From: Vibrio cholerae ATCC 14035
Lineage (GTDB): Bacteria > Pseudomonadota > Gammaproteobacteria > Enterobacterales > Vibrionaceae
Direction: 5' to 3'
Length of the DNA stretch: 32,000 bases
Assembly (NCBI RefSeq): GCF_000621645.1
Contig: NZ_JHXR01000011.1
Span: forward strand, 90,001 to 122,000
The notes beneath the pieces are model-generated. The model saw nothing but the letters and a program-made list of their open reading frames with translations. It made no database searches and was not told the DNA's origin. The position numbers and the translations under genes are program-made. The number at the start of each line of letters is the position of its first letter. The first letter of the stretch is position 1. Positions 9,485 to 19,733 of this stretch are shown one piece after another.

Positions 9485-11292
9485 TATTTTTGCTCCTCTA
9501 CGCTTTTTCCGGCCGCTTCAGCTGCGGCAGCTTTTTCGGCTGCTTCACCGTACAGACGCGCTTTTGGCTGCGACTTGGTGATTTTCACTGGGCTGTAATC
9601 GATCTTCGGTGTTTGACCTTCTTGATAGAATGCCAAAGAGTGTTTGAGGAATTGCACGTCATCACGCTCGGTGCAACCTTCATCAAGACGTTGGTGTGCG
9701 CCGCGCGATTCTTTACGCAGAATAGCGGAGTGAACCATGGCTTCTGCCACGTCTAGACCGTAACCTACTTCAATCGCGTATAGCAGGTCAGTGTTGAACA
9801 CTTTGCCTTTGTCTTTGATGCTGATGCGCTTGTAACGCTCTTTCAACTCGGCCAATTTGTCGATGGTTTCTTGCATCAGATCTTCCTGACGGTAGATACC
9901 ACAACCCGCTTCCATGGTGTGACCCATTTCTGTACGGATGGTTGCCCAGTTTTCATCACCTTCTTGCTGCATCAGTGCTGCGATGCGATCTTCAACCGCT
10001 TTGACTTGTGCGGCGATGGCTTTTTCATTCCAGCCTTTAAACTCTGCAGCGCGCTCAACCGCTTTTTCACCAGCAACGCGGCCAAAGACTACGAATTCCG
10101 CTAGTGAGTTAGAACCTAAACGGTTCGCGCCATGCAGACCAACAGACGCACATTCACCCACGGCGAACAGACCTTTAATGCGGGTTTCACATTCGCCATT
10201 GGTTTCGATACCACCCATGGTGTAGTGCACGGTTGGACGAATTGGAATCGGCTCTTTTGCTGGGTCAACGTTGACATACGCTTTTGCCAGTTCACAGATA
10301 AATGGCAGACGTTCTTGCAGGTATTCTTCACCTAAGTGGCGCAGGTCTAGGTGCACCACATCACCCAGTGGGTGTTTGATGGTGTTGCCTTTTTGCTGCT
10401 CATGCCAGAAAGCTTGGGAAACTTTGTCACGTGGACCCAGTTCCATGTATTTGTTCTTTGGTTGACCCACTGGAGTTTCAGGGCCCATACCGTAGTCTTG
10501 CAGGTAACGGTAGCCATGTTTGTTGACGATAATACCGCCTTCACCACGACAACCTTCGGTCATCAGAATACCAGTACCTGGTAGGCCTGTTGGGTGGTAT
10601 TGAACGAATTCCATATCACGCAGAGGAACACCGTGACGGAAAGCCATCGCCATACCATCACCGGTCACTATGCCGCCGTTAGTGTTGCAGTGGTAAACGC
10701 GACCCGCACCGCCAGTGGCTAGAACAACCGACTTAGCTTTGATGGTGACCAGCTCGCCTTCCGACATATGAATCGCAATCAAACCTTGGATTTCACCTTC
10801 ATCAACCAGCAAATCCACCACAAAGTACTCATCCAATCGCTTGATTTGTGGGTACTTCATTGAAGTTTGGAACAGGGTGTGCAGCATGTGGAAGCCGGTT
10901 TTATCAGCAGCAAACCATGTGCGCTCAACTTTCATGCCGCCGAAGCGACGTACGTTGACTTCACCATTCTCTTTACGGCTCCAAGGACAACCCCATTGTT
11001 CCATCTGGATCATTTCGCGGGTTGCATTGGCAACAAAGTATTCAACAACATCCTGTTCACATAGCCAGTCACCACCGCCAACGGTATCGTTGAAGTGGTT
11101 ATCTAGACTATCTTCATCCTTGATAACTGCTGCGGAGCCACCCTCGGCTGCGACTGTGTGAGAACGCATTGGATAAACTTTAGAAATCAGAGCAACTTCT
11201 AAATGAGGGTTTGCTTCTGCCGCTGCAATAGCAGTACGAAGACCAGCGCCACCAGCGCCGATGACTGCGATATCTGTGGTGAGAATTTGCAC
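9484..11292 (-). CDS. frdA: fumarate reductase flavoprotein subunit
   Basis: This 602-aa ORF uses a GTG start with GGAGGA 5 nt upstream. It has the FAD-binding [10 protein letters not shown], the covalent-FAD His context [10 protein letters not shown], and [11 protein letters not shown]. Confidence 0.98.
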   Translation of the reverse strand: MQILTTDIAVIGAGGAGLRTAIAAAEANPHLEVALISKVYPMRSHTVAAEGGSAAVIKDEDSLDNHFNDTVGGGDWLCEQDVVEYFVANATREMIQMEQWGCPWSRKENGEVNVRRFGGMKVERTWFAADKTGFHMLHTLFQTSMKYPQIKRLDEYFVVDLLVDEGEIQGLIAIHMSEGELVTIKAKSVVLATGGAGRVYHCNTNGGIVTGDGMAMAFRHGVPLRDMEFVQYHPTGLPGTGILMTEGCRGEGGIIVNKHGYRYLQDYGMGPETPVGQPKNKYMELGPRDKVSQAFWHEQQKGNTIKHPLGDVVHLDLRHLGEEYLQERLPFICELAKAYVNVDPAKEPIPIRPTVHYTMGGIETNGECETRIKGLFAVGECASVGLHGANRLGSNSLAEFVVFGRVAGEKAVERAAEFKGWNEKAIAAQVKAVEDRIAALMQQEGDENWATIRTEMGHTMEAGCGIYRQEDLMQETIDKLAELKERYKRISIKDKGKVFNTDLLYAIEVGYGLDVAEAMVHSAILRKESRGAHQRLDEGCTERDDVQFLKHSLAFYQEGQTPKIDYSPVKITKSQPKARLYGEAAEKAAAAEAAGKSVEEQK

Positions 11293-11512
11293 AGTTATCC
11301 TCCAGTGTGATTATTTTATGGACTGAGTTCGTTTCAGTACCTAGAGTTTTCAAAGCATTGATTTGGAAGTTACTGAGATGGAACTCACTGACTCAACACC
11401 TGACCACCCATTAAGTGGTAGGGGTAGTGTAGGAGAGCTTGAAGAATGAAAAATTGATTCTGTTGGGCTTTTGCTTCGGTATTGCAAACTTAAGCATACT
11501 ATTTGCCCTATA

Positions 11513-11528
11513 TGTGACTGGTGTCACA
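11513..11528. promoter_or_regulatory. candidate cAMP-CRP binding site (TGTGA-N6-TCACA)
   Basis: The sequence is TGTGA (11513-11517), ctggtg, TCACA (11524-11528). Both arms match the CRP consensus exactly, within ATATGTGACTGGTGTCACAATT. It sits in the frdA<>epmA divergent region, and a TACAAT -10-like hexamer lies at 11558-11563. Confidence 0.5.
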
Positions 11529-11595
11529 ATTGAGTTTGGCTTTTTGTTCTGAAAGAGTACAATTCGTTATCTCTGTTTCTTGTGATGAGCCACCC

Positions 11596-12570
11596 ATGAC
11601 TAATTCCGATTGGATGCCGACCGCATCAATAAGCCAATTAAAACAACGCGCGACCTTGTTGCGTCAGATTCGTGAATTTTTTGCTGAGCGCAATGTGCTG
11701 GAAGTCGAAACGCCAGCCATGAGCCACGCCACGGTGACGGACATCCATCTGCACACGTTTAAAACGGAATTTGTCGGGCCGGGTTATGCCAAAGGCAGCG
11801 CGCTGCATCTGATGACTAGCCCTGAATTTCATATGAAGCGTTTGTTGGCCGCGGGCAGTGGTTGTATTTACCAGCTGGGTAAAGCTTTTCGTAACGAAGA
11901 AAATGGCCGTTACCACAATCCAGAATTCACCATGTTGGAATGGTATCGGATTGGTTTTGATCACCATGCCTTGATGGATGAAATGGATGCCTTATTGCAA
12001 TTGGTGCTGCGTTGCGGCAGTGCCGAGCGAATGACTTACCAAGAAGCGTTTTTGAATGTGCTTGGCGTTTGCCCACTCGAAGAGGAGATGCGTGAGTTAA
12101 AGCAAGTGGCTGCAACGCTGGGTTTAAGTGATATCGCAGAGCCTGAAGAGGATCGTGACACCTTATTACAACTGCTGTTTAGCATTGGCATTGAGCCTAA
12201 AATTGGCCAAATCACACCAGCATTTGTGTATGATTTTCCGGCTTCACAAGCGGCGCTGGCCAAAATTAATCCGGCGGATCCGCGCGTGGCTGATCGCTTC
12301 GAAGTCTATTTTAAAGGGATTGAGCTCGCGAACGGCTTCCATGAATTGGATAACCCTGCCGAGCAGTTAGCCCGTTTTAAAGCGGATAATGCCAAGCGTT
12401 TAGAGATGGGACTGACAGAGCAACCGATTGATTACCATCTGATTGCGGCGCTGGAGGCCGGTTTGCCAGAATGTGCTGGGGTGGCTTTGGGTATTGATCG
12501 TCTGATTATGTTGGCGCTTGGCGAGGATCATATTGATAAGGTCACCGCATTTCCATTTCCTCGAGCCTGA
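11596..12570 (+). CDS. epmA: EF-P lysine-34 lysyltransferase EpmA (PoxA/GenX, LysRS class II paralog)
   Basis: This is collinear with recalled E. coli EpmA ([53 protein letters not shown]). I start it at the ATG at 11596 ([12 protein letters not shown]), giving 324 aa. The 25-codon GTG extension from 11521 has no homolog counterpart and begins inside the CRP-like palindrome. Confidence 0.93.
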   Translation: MTNSDWMPTASISQLKQRATLLRQIREFFAERNVLEVETPAMSHATVTDIHLHTFKTEFVGPGYAKGSALHLMTSPEFHMKRLLAAGSGCIYQLGKAFRNEENGRYHNPEFTMLEWYRIGFDHHALMDEMDALLQLVLRCGSAERMTYQEAFLNVLGVCPLEEEMRELKQVAATLGLSDIAEPEEDRDTLLQLLFSIGIEPKIGQITPAFVYDFPASQAALAKINPADPRVADRFEVYFKGIELANGFHELDNPAEQLARFKADNAKRLEMGLTEQPIDYHLIAALEAGLPECAGVALGIDRLIMLALGEDHIDKVTAFPFPRA

Positions 12571-12699
12571 TCGGATTCTCAGTTTGCAACATATTCACCC
12601 TGTTCAGACCCAGTTTTAACGAGGTAAGCGCTCGCGTCATGCTGCCAACCTCGTTATACTCCTTGTCTGATTTGAATCCCCATTGCAAGAGCACAGGAT

Positions 12700-13134
12700 A
12701 TGCAAGAGTACATTGAGTTTTTTCAGCAAAATATGATCCTTTCACTGGCTTGGATCGGTATTTTGGTCGCGTTAATCGCCAGCATCTACAAATCGGCCAC
12801 CGCGGCTTATCAAGAAGTTACGGCCACCCAAGCCACTCTGTTGATTAACCGTGAAAACGGCATCGTGGTCGACATCCGTAGTAAAGATGAATTCAAACAA
12901 GGCCACATTACCGACGCAATTCACATTTTGCCGTCAGACATCAAGGCGGGTAACTTGGCTGGCCTTGAAAGCCATAAATCGAACCCCATTATTGTGGTAT
13001 GCAAAACAGGTCAAACCGCACGTGAAAGTGCAGATTTACTGACCAAAGCCGGTTTTGAGAAGGTCAATCTTCTTAAAAATGGCTTGATTGCTTGGAATGA
13101 AGCTAACCTGCCTTTGGTACGCGGTAAACGCTAA
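12700..13134 (+). CDS. yibN: membrane-anchored single-domain rhodanese (YibN-like sulfurtransferase)
   Basis: This 144-aa ORF has an N-terminal TM helix (ILSLAWIGILVALIASIY), a rhodanese fold with the active-site loop CKTGQTA, and the C-terminus NLPLVRGK, as in recalled E. coli YibN. It lies upstream of secB, as in E. coli. Confidence 0.85.
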   Translation: MQEYIEFFQQNMILSLAWIGILVALIASIYKSATAAYQEVTATQATLLINRENGIVVDIRSKDEFKQGHITDAIHILPSDIKAGNLAGLESHKSNPIIVVCKTGQTARESADLLTKAGFEKVNLLKNGLIAWNEANLPLVRGKR

Positions 13135-13300
13135 ATCCTTAGAGCACCCCGTCGGCGCTGGTGAAAAGATCAGCGCTTGACGCTCAGAGTTGTGATATCT
13201 ACCACGTAATGGCTTGCCCACCTAGTGATCGCACACACTCTCAGTTAGTCTCAGGACACATTGACCTTTGAACCGAATTATCTGAATTAAGGATGAAATC

Positions 13301-13765
13301 ATGGCTGAAGCAGCACAAGCCCCACAACAACAGTTTGCTATCCAACGTATCTATCTAAAAGATGTCTCTTTTGAAGCGCCAAGCTCACCAGTGATGTTCC
13401 AAAAAGAGTGGAACCCAGATGTCAAACTGGATCTCGACACGCAAAGCCGTGAACTGGGCCAAGGCGTTTACGAAGTGGTACTGCGCCTGACAGTGACTGT
13501 GAAAAACGCAGAAGAGACCGCATTCCTGTGTGAAGTACAACAAGCGGGTATCTTCAGTGCAGAGCAGATGGAAGCAGGCCAATTGGCCCATTGCTTGGGT
13601 GCTTTCTGCCCGAACATCCTGTTCCCATACGCACGTGAAACCATTTCAAGCCTAGTGGTGAAAGGTACTTTCCCACAACTGAACCTTGCTCCAGTTAACT
13701 TTGACGCGCTGTTCATGAACTACCTGCAACAGCAAGCTCAAGAAGGCGCAACGGCGAACGCATAA
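13301..13765 (+). CDS. secB: protein-export chaperone SecB
   Basis: This 154-aa ORF reads [16 protein letters not shown]...[15 protein letters not shown], which is diagnostic of SecB. Confidence 0.97.
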   Translation: MAEAAQAPQQQFAIQRIYLKDVSFEAPSSPVMFQKEWNPDVKLDLDTQSRELGQGVYEVVLRLTVTVKNAEETAFLCEVQQAGIFSAEQMEAGQLAHCLGAFCPNILFPYARETISSLVVKGTFPQLNLAPVNFDALFMNYLQQQAQEGATANA

Positions 13766-13793
13766 TTCGCGCGATTGAGTTTTCAGTAAGAAT

Positions 13794-13828
13794 AAAATGC
13801 ACAGCGCCACCGCGATGTGCATTTTTTG
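13794..13828 (+). terminator. intrinsic terminator after secB
   Basis: atgcaca (13797-13803) pairs with tgtgcat (13816-13822), with an inner gcg/cgc extension. T6 (13822-13827) follows. Confidence 0.8.
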
Positions 13829-13954
13829 TTTATCACTCGAGTATTGGTTTTTGCACTCTTTATCTAAGGCAGCCTTGGCGAAGAAGGTGCAGACTGCAAT
13901 AGCCTATGTTTGGGTATAGAATAGAGCACAACTTCGTTATCGATAGGCGGAACA

Positions 13955-14989
13955 ATGAGCGAAACACAGAACCACAATAGCTACGGAAAACCTGTTGAAA
14001 TGACCGTGATAGGTGCGGGCTCCTACGGTACCTCACTGGCGATCTCTTTGGCGCGCAATGGCGCGAATATCGTCCTGTGGGGACATGATGCAGAGCATAT
14101 GGCGCGCCTTGACGCTGACCGCGCTAACCATGAATTTTTGCCCGGAATTGCTTTTCCTGACACTCTGATTGTGGAAACTGACTTGCAAAAAGCGGTGCAA
14201 GCGAGCCGTGATCTGCTGGTGGTAGTGCCTAGCCATGTGTTTGGTATCGTGTTGAAAAGTTTGCAGCCACACCTGCGTGCGGATAGCCGCATTTGTTGGG
14301 CAACCAAGGGGCTAGAGCCTGAGACTGGACGGCTACTCCAAGATGTCGCCCATGATGTACTTGGTGATAGCTACCCCCTTGCGGTGCTTTCTGGTCCTAC
14401 TTTTGCCAAAGAGCTGGCGATGGGGATGCCAACCGCGATTTCAGTGGCTTCGCCGGATGCGCAATTTGTACGTGACCTGCAAGAGAAAATTCACTGCAGC
14501 AAAACTTTCCGAGTGTACGCCAACAGTGACTTTATCGGTATGCAGCTTGGCGGCGCGGTAAAAAACGTGATTGCGATTGGTGCGGGGATGTCTGATGGTA
14601 TTGGCTTTGGCGCGAATGCGCGAACCGCTCTTATCACTCGTGGCTTGGCTGAAATGAGCCGCTTAGGCGCCGCTTTAGGCGCGCAGCCGGAAACTTTTAT
14701 GGGTATGGCAGGATTAGGTGATTTAGTGCTGACTTGTACTGACAACCAATCGCGTAACCGCCGTTTTGGTTTGGCACTAGGTCAAGGTAAAGATGTGGAT
14801 ACCGCGCAAACCGATATCGGCCAAGTGGTTGAAGGGTATCGCAACACCAAAGAAGTGTGGATGTTAGCGAAACGCATGGGCGTTGAGATGCCGATAGTTG
14901 AACAAATTTACCAAGTATTGTATCAAGGAAAAGATGCGCGACTCGCCGCTCAGGATTTGCTGGCACGAGATAAGAAGATGGAGCGTTAA
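13955..14989 (+). CDS. gpsA: NAD(P)H-dependent glycerol-3-phosphate dehydrogenase
   Basis: This 344-aa ORF has [21 protein letters not shown] (Rossmann fold) and later [12 protein letters not shown] and NRRFG. The start at 13955 is tentative, because the in-frame ATG at 14000 (MTVIGAG) is an alternative. Confidence 0.94.
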   Translation: MSETQNHNSYGKPVEMTVIGAGSYGTSLAISLARNGANIVLWGHDAEHMARLDADRANHEFLPGIAFPDTLIVETDLQKAVQASRDLLVVVPSHVFGIVLKSLQPHLRADSRICWATKGLEPETGRLLQDVAHDVLGDSYPLAVLSGPTFAKELAMGMPTAISVASPDAQFVRDLQEKIHCSKTFRVYANSDFIGMQLGGAVKNVIAIGAGMSDGIGFGANARTALITRGLAEMSRLGAALGAQPETFMGMAGLGDLVLTCTDNQSRNRRFGLALGQGKDVDTAQTDIGQVVEGYRNTKEVWMLAKRMGVEMPIVEQIYQVLYQGKDARLAAQDLLARDKKMER

Positions 14990-15017
14990 TCCGCAGCGCA
15001 AGAGATGGAATTGAATC

Positions 15018-15040
15018 GATAGGGTATAGCTTGCCCTATC
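15018..15040 (+). other. stem-loop between gpsA and cysE (weak attenuator/terminator candidate)
   Basis: gataggg (15018-15024) pairs with ccctatc (15034-15040) across a 9-nt loop. The downstream sequence is ttgatt, so there is no real U-tract. Confidence 0.3.
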
Positions 15041-15061
15041 TTGATTAGGACTGAGTAAGTA

Positions 15062-15883
15062 ATGAAACAGTGCGCCCACACCAAGGTTTGGCAAACCATT
15101 GTCGCTGAAGCTCGCGAGCAAGCCGAGCAAGAGCCGATGCTCGCCAGTTTTTACCATGCCACCATTATTAAGCATGACAGTTTAAAAGCGGCCTTGAGCT
15201 ATATTCTGGCCAACCGTTTGAACACTGCCTCCATGCCTGCGATGGCAGTACGAGAAGTGATTGAAGAAGCGTTTGCTGCCGATCCGAGTATCTCAGAAGC
15301 GGCGGCGTGTGATATTTGCGCGACAGTCAACCGCGATCCGGCAGTGTCGATGTACTCAATGCCGCTACTTTACCTAAAAGGTTATCACGCTTTACAAGGC
15401 TATCGGGTGGCTAACTGGTTATGGCGACAAGGGCGTAAGGCGCTCGCGACCTATTTCCAAAATCAGATATCAGTGGCGTGTCAGGTGGATATTCACCCTG
15501 CAGCGCGTATTGGTCGCGGCATCATGCTCGATCACGCGACGGGGATCGTGATTGGTGAAACCGCCGTGGTAGAAGATGATGTATCGATCTTGCAGGACGT
15601 TACGCTTGGCGGTACCGGTAAAGAGTGCGGCGATCGCCACCCGAAAATTCGGGAAGGGGTGATGATTGGTGCGGGCGCGAAAATATTAGGCAACATCGAA
15701 GTTGGAGAAGGGGCGAAAATTGGCTCGGGATCGGTCGTGTTGCAAGCTGTACCGCCCCATACCACAGTCGCTGGAGTACCTGCTCGTATTGTGGGGCGGC
15801 CACAATCGGATAAGCCTTCTTTGGATATGGATCAGCAGTTTAATGGTCGTTCGCAGACGTTTATCGGCGGTGATGGTATCTAG
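15062..15883 (+). CDS. cysE: serine O-acetyltransferase
   Basis: This ORF is 273 aa, the same length as E. coli CysE. It has EPMLASFYHATI, DIHPAARIGRGIMLDHATGIV and hexapeptide repeats, and it ends GGDGI. Confidence 0.97.
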   Translation: MKQCAHTKVWQTIVAEAREQAEQEPMLASFYHATIIKHDSLKAALSYILANRLNTASMPAMAVREVIEEAFAADPSISEAAACDICATVNRDPAVSMYSMPLLYLKGYHALQGYRVANWLWRQGRKALATYFQNQISVACQVDIHPAARIGRGIMLDHATGIVIGETAVVEDDVSILQDVTLGGTGKECGDRHPKIREGVMIGAGAKILGNIEVGEGAKIGSGSVVLQAVPPHTTVAGVPARIVGRPQSDKPSLDMDQQFNGRSQTFIGGDGI

Positions 15884-15945
15884 AGGCTCTCTCTATCTCT
15901 GCTCTCACGGTATTTAAGTACTCATTCCGCGCTTGAGCAAAAAAT

Positions 15946-15976
15946 AAAAAGGATGATGGTGACATCATCCTTTTTT
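15946..15976. terminator. bidirectional intrinsic terminator between cysE and the PadR gene
   Basis: ggatgatg (15951-15958) pairs with catcatcc (15963-15970) across the loop gtga. It is flanked by A5 and T6. Confidence 0.85.
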
Positions 15977-15998
15977 ACATCGACAGGTTTGGCTTGGC

Positions 15999-16538
15999 TT
16001 ATGCCATCGCGTTCAATTCTGCCAACACTTCGTCCGCCCATTGAATCCATGCTTGGCGAACCAGTAAATTACGACGTAGCGTTAAACGCTCTAAACGTTG
16101 CTGCTTGTCTAACACGGCTGGGTTAGCGTAATAAGCGGCTTCGATTTCCTGATAGTGAGCGACCAATTTACGCGATTCTTCAACCAGTTCAGCCAGTTGC
16201 AGACGGTAAGGTTCTGCCGATTGTACTGAACAAGCCATCAATTTCGCACTAAACTCATCACGCACGGTTGGGTGTGCGGTTGGTTGATCAAACCACTCAC
16301 CTAAAGCGCTGCGGCCAGCTTGGGTTATAGAATAAACCTTGCGATCTGGTTTGCCTTCCTGTGGTTCCAGAACACAAGTCACTAAACCCTGTTCCCCCAT
16401 TTTATTGAGTTCACGATATACCTGCTGATGGCTGGCTTTCCAGAAGTAGCCAATGCTAGCAGAAAACTCTTTGGTTATATCGTACCCGGTTGCATCGCGT
16501 GTGCTAAGAACAGTAAGGATAACGTGTGGTAATGACAT
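15999..16538 (-). CDS. PadR-family transcriptional regulator (with C-terminal PadR_C-like helical domain)
   Basis: This ORF is 179 aa. The N-terminal segment ILTVLSTRDATGYDITKEF...WKASHQQVYRELNKMGEQGLV...KVYSITQAGRSAL is a typical PadR wHTH. Confidence 0.85.
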   Translation of the reverse strand: MSLPHVILTVLSTRDATGYDITKEFSASIGYFWKASHQQVYRELNKMGEQGLVTCVLEPQEGKPDRKVYSITQAGRSALGEWFDQPTAHPTVRDEFSAKLMACSVQSAEPYRLQLAELVEESRKLVAHYQEIEAAYYANPAVLDKQQRLERLTLRRNLLVRQAWIQWADEVLAELNAMA

Positions 16539-16835
16539 GTCTTCAATCCAAAAATTAAGTCAACATAAACTTCTATCTAAACGGTTGTTGTGCTTCTAAT
16601 GGCACGCATATCAACGCATTTAAATACCTGCAGCGCAAAATTCGGCTGCTTATGTCACCTTATAAAGCCGGTTATCACCTAGAGTGGCGTATGTCTTTGC
16701 ATACTTTAACTGTGAGATTGCTTTACATTACTTATCACAGAGGGAACGTAGTATATCTAAATAATAAGCATAAAGTGGAATACAAATATGCTGATTAGTC
16801 GAAAAACTGACATTATTCTAAATAATGCAAAAATG

Positions 16836-16868
16836 TAAAACAAAAGGCCACAAAGTTGTGACCTTTTA
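16836..16868 (-). terminator. intrinsic terminator of ppc
   Basis: On the minus strand the sequence is aaaaggtcacaa-cttt-gtggcctttt followed by gtttt. The stem contains one G-U pair. It lies about 30 nt past the ppc stop. Confidence 0.7.
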
Positions 16869-16896
16869 GTTTTTTATACTGACATTTAGCGATTTG

Positions 16897-19527
16897 TTAA
16901 CCAGTATTGCGCATTCCCGCCGCAATTCCCGCAATGGTCACCATCAAGGCTTCTTCCAGTTCTGGAGCAGGAAGTTCTGATTGACGGGTACGATACAGCA
17001 GTTCTGCTTGCAGCATATTGAGTGGTTCAATATAGATGTTACGCAGACGAATCGACTCTTGTCCCCAAGGATCGCTTTGCATCAGGTTCTCGTTATTCTC
17101 AACGTTCAGAACAACTTTAATGTCTTGCTGTAATTGAGCACGCAATTTCTCACCCAATGGACGCAAAGTCGGTTCAACAAGTCGCTCATCATAATGACGC
17201 GCGATGCTTACACTGCATTTGGTGTACACCATTTCCAGCATGCCAAGGCGAGTTGAGAAGAATGGCCATTCGCGGCACATCTCTTCAAGTAGCGCTTGGT
17301 GTCCTTCATTAATGGCAATTTGGATCGCTTCACCCGCACCTAACCAAGCAGGAAGAATGAGACGATTCTGGCTCCATGAGAAGATCCATGGAATGGCTCG
17401 CAGGCTCTCGACTCCACCAGTAGGATTACGTTTGGCGGGTCTGGAACCCAATGGCAGCTTGCCGAGTTCTAATTCTGGTGTGGCTTGACGGAAGTAAGGA
17501 ACAAAGTCTGGTTCACCACGCACGACTTTTCGGTAAGCATTACATGAAATTTCCGACAGAATATCCATCAGCGCACGCCACTCATTTTTAGGCTCTGGTG
17601 GGGGGAGCAAGTTGGCTTCCAAAATAGCGCTGGCGTACATGTTAAAGCTGTTGACCGCCACTTCAGGTAGACCCAGTTTAAAGCGGATCATTTCGCCTTG
17701 TTCGGTTACACGCAGACCGCCCTTCAAACTCTTTGGTGGCTGAGAAAGCAGTGCCGCGTGTGCAGGAGCACCGCCGCGACCAATTGTGCCGCCGCGACCA
17801 TGGAATAGAGTGAGTTCGATCCCCGCTTCTTCGCCAACTTTCACTAGCGCTTCCATCGCTCGGTATTGCGCCCAGCCTGCCGCCATCACCCCCGCATCTT
17901 TGGCGGAATCGGAATAACCAATCATCACCATTTGGTGGTTCTGAATAAAGCCGCGATACAGATCGATGTTCATCAGTTGACGGATCACCGATTCTGCATT
18001 GTTCAAGTCATCTAAGGTTTCAAACAGCGGGCAAACATCCATACGATAAGGACATCCTGCCTCTTGCAGCAGCAGGTGCACGGCGAGGACATCCGATGCA
18101 GTACGCGCCATCGAAATGACATAAGCGCCAAAGGCATCTTTGGACTGCGCAGCGATGATCTTACAGGTATCCAACACCTCTTTGACTTGAGGCGACGGTT
18201 GCCAATCGCGTGGTAGCAGTGGGCGTTTCGAGTTCAGCTCTGTGGTCAGGAACGCGATTTTATCTTGCTCGCTCCACTGATTGTAATCGCCGATGCCGAG
18301 ATGACGAGTCAGTTCCGAGATCACTTCTGCATGGCGTGAGCTCTCTTGACGAACATCGAGGCGAACCAGATGCACGCCAAAGGCTTTAATGCGGCGCAGG
18401 GTATCGAGCAAGGAACCATCTGCGATTACGCCCATGCCACACTCATGCAGTGATTGGTAACACGCGTAGAGCGGTTCCCACAACTGATCTGCGGTTTGCA
18501 AAGGAGCTTTTACTGCCAGTTTTTGGCCGTTGAGTTTTGCATCAAGAATTTCAATCGTCTCTTGCAGCAAGCTTCGTATTGGCTTGAGGATGGCGCGATA
18601 AGGTTCGTGCTCTTCGCCGGCTAAAGCGCGTACGGCTTCATTACACTTGGTCATCGAAAGTTCGCTGACCAGTTCATTGATATCGGTGAGATACAAATCG
18701 GCTGCTTTCCAGCGTGACAGTAACAGCACTTCGCGAGTGATAGTGTGGGTCACAAAGGGGTTACCATCGCGATCTCCACCCATCCAAGATGAGAAATGCA
18801 CAGGGCGTGCATCAATCGGTAAACCTTCACCTAGGTAAGATTTCACCTGTTCATCCAGCTCACGCAAAAACTCAGGGACGGCGTGCCACAATGAGTTTTC
18901 TACGACTGCGAACCCCCATTTGGCTTCATCTAATGGCGTTGGACGCTGCTGACGAATCACATCCGAATGCCAGCTTTGGGCAATTAATTGCTCAAGGCGG
19001 CGCTCGGTTTTATGGCGCTCTTTCGGAGAGAGGTCGCTGAGCTCAAGTTTGGACAGACACTCGTTGATTTTGACTAGCTTGTTGATCATAGTGCGACGAG
19101 TGATCTCAGTCGGGTGAGCGGTCAATACCAGCTCAATGTTGAGATCGCGAATGGCTTGCGCCGTATCGAATTTACTGACCGACTTCTGCGCCAGTTTAGC
19201 AAACAGGCTACCAATCGCATCCAACTCATTCACGTGGCTTTCACAGTGGCGTGAGATGGTGTGATACTGCTCGGCAATATTGGTCAGGTTCAGGAATTGG
19301 TTAAAGGCGCGAGCCACGGGAGTCAGTTGGTGGTTAGGAAGATTTTTGATCTCTTCGATCAGCAGCTCGCGGTCTGCTTGGTTGCCCGCTCGGGCAGATT
19401 TGGAAAGTTTTCGGATGGTTTCCACTTTCGCTAAAATAACGTCACCATCGGCGGCTTGAATTGTCTGGCCGAGTAGTCGTCCTAACATGCTTACGTTACT
19501 TTTGAGCGCAGCGTATTTTTCGTTCAT
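16897..19527 (-). CDS. ppc: phosphoenolpyruvate carboxylase
   Basis: This is collinear with recalled E. coli Ppc from MNE(K/Q)Y(A/S)AL(K/R)SNVSMLG to the C-terminal [12 protein letters not shown], including TAHPTE and FHGRGG(T/S)IGRGG. I start it at the ATG at 19527 (876 aa), and the 11-codon extension to 19560 is unsupported. Confidence 0.98.
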   Translation of the reverse strand: MNEKYAALKSNVSMLGRLLGQTIQAADGDVILAKVETIRKLSKSARAGNQADRELLIEEIKNLPNHQLTPVARAFNQFLNLTNIAEQYHTISRHCESHVNELDAIGSLFAKLAQKSVSKFDTAQAIRDLNIELVLTAHPTEITRRTMINKLVKINECLSKLELSDLSPKERHKTERRLEQLIAQSWHSDVIRQQRPTPLDEAKWGFAVVENSLWHAVPEFLRELDEQVKSYLGEGLPIDARPVHFSSWMGGDRDGNPFVTHTITREVLLLSRWKAADLYLTDINELVSELSMTKCNEAVRALAGEEHEPYRAILKPIRSLLQETIEILDAKLNGQKLAVKAPLQTADQLWEPLYACYQSLHECGMGVIADGSLLDTLRRIKAFGVHLVRLDVRQESSRHAEVISELTRHLGIGDYNQWSEQDKIAFLTTELNSKRPLLPRDWQPSPQVKEVLDTCKIIAAQSKDAFGAYVISMARTASDVLAVHLLLQEAGCPYRMDVCPLFETLDDLNNAESVIRQLMNIDLYRGFIQNHQMVMIGYSDSAKDAGVMAAGWAQYRAMEALVKVGEEAGIELTLFHGRGGTIGRGGAPAHAALLSQPPKSLKGGLRVTEQGEMIRFKLGLPEVAVNSFNMYASAILEANLLPPPEPKNEWRALMDILSEISCNAYRKVVRGEPDFVPYFRQATPELELGKLPLGSRPAKRNPTGGVESLRAIPWIFSWSQNRLILPAWLGAGEAIQIAINEGHQALLEEMCREWPFFSTRLGMLEMVYTKCSVSIARHYDERLVEPTLRPLGEKLRAQLQQDIKVVLNVENNENLMQSDPWGQESIRLRNIYIEPLNMLQAELLYRTRQSELPAPELEEALMVTIAGIAAGMRNTG

Positions 19528-19698
19528 TGTCATCCTGCCTTGAAAAAAAATTACATCCAATGTGAGTTCAGTTAATTACACAATCTTGACCATTTTGTCC
19601 AGTGGACTTGCGGTTAAGACTAAGATTCCATTTATTGTCATCCGCGTTGGTGCAGAGATTGTTTAACTAAAAACACCAAATTATTGAAAATTTCTTAC

Positions 19699-19726
19699 AA
19701 AAAAGCCCTGAGGTTGAACTCAGGGC
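19699..19726 (-). terminator. intrinsic terminator of argE
   Basis: gccctgag (19705-19712) pairs with ctcagggc (19719-19726) across a 6-nt loop. On the minus strand it is followed by U6 (complement of A 19699-19704) and lies 8 nt past the argE stop. Confidence 0.8.
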
Positions 19727-19733
19727 GATCAAT

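Noticed and set aside
9418-11161. Plus- and minus-strand ORFs of 64-112 aa inside frdA and frdB. Similar ones occur in ppc (17204..19040), argC/argB/argG/argH, gpsA, cysE and mrcA.
   Set aside because: Each lies wholly inside a confidently assigned, full-length conserved gene, in another frame or on the other strand. None has an independent start context or a homolog-like sequence.
11293-11512. FNR box upstream of frdA.
   Set aside because: I found only isolated TTGAT/ATCAA half-sites, or half-sites in the wrong relative orientation, for example ATCAAtgctTTGAA read on the minus strand (about 11350-11363) and TTGATtctgTTGGG (11454-11467). Nothing approaches TTGAT-N4-ATCAA, so I make no call.
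11521-11595. ORF-track 5' extensions: epmA from GTG 11521, tpiA to 814, frdD to 8359, ppc to 19560, argC from 20987, peroxiredoxin to 28733, and repeat protein from TTG 5620.
   Set aside because: The homolog N-termini I recall from E. coli and H. influenzae align with the downstream ATG or GTG in every case. Better SD sequences sit in front of the internal starts, and the extensions are non-conserved-looking peptides.
12542-12745. 67-aa minus-strand ORF spanning the epmA-yibN spacer.
   Set aside because: It overlaps the ends of two well-supported plus-strand genes and has no SD and no recognisable sequence features. The spacer also contains an 8-9 bp stem (12617-12625 paired with 12648-12656) with a 22-nt loop, which I consider too weak to annotate.
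16788-16838. 16-codon mini-ORF (MLISRKTDIILNNAKM) ending at the ppc terminator hairpin, resembling a leader peptide.
   Set aside because: It has no convincing SD and no downstream plus-strand gene to attenuate. The hairpin is explained as the ppc terminator.
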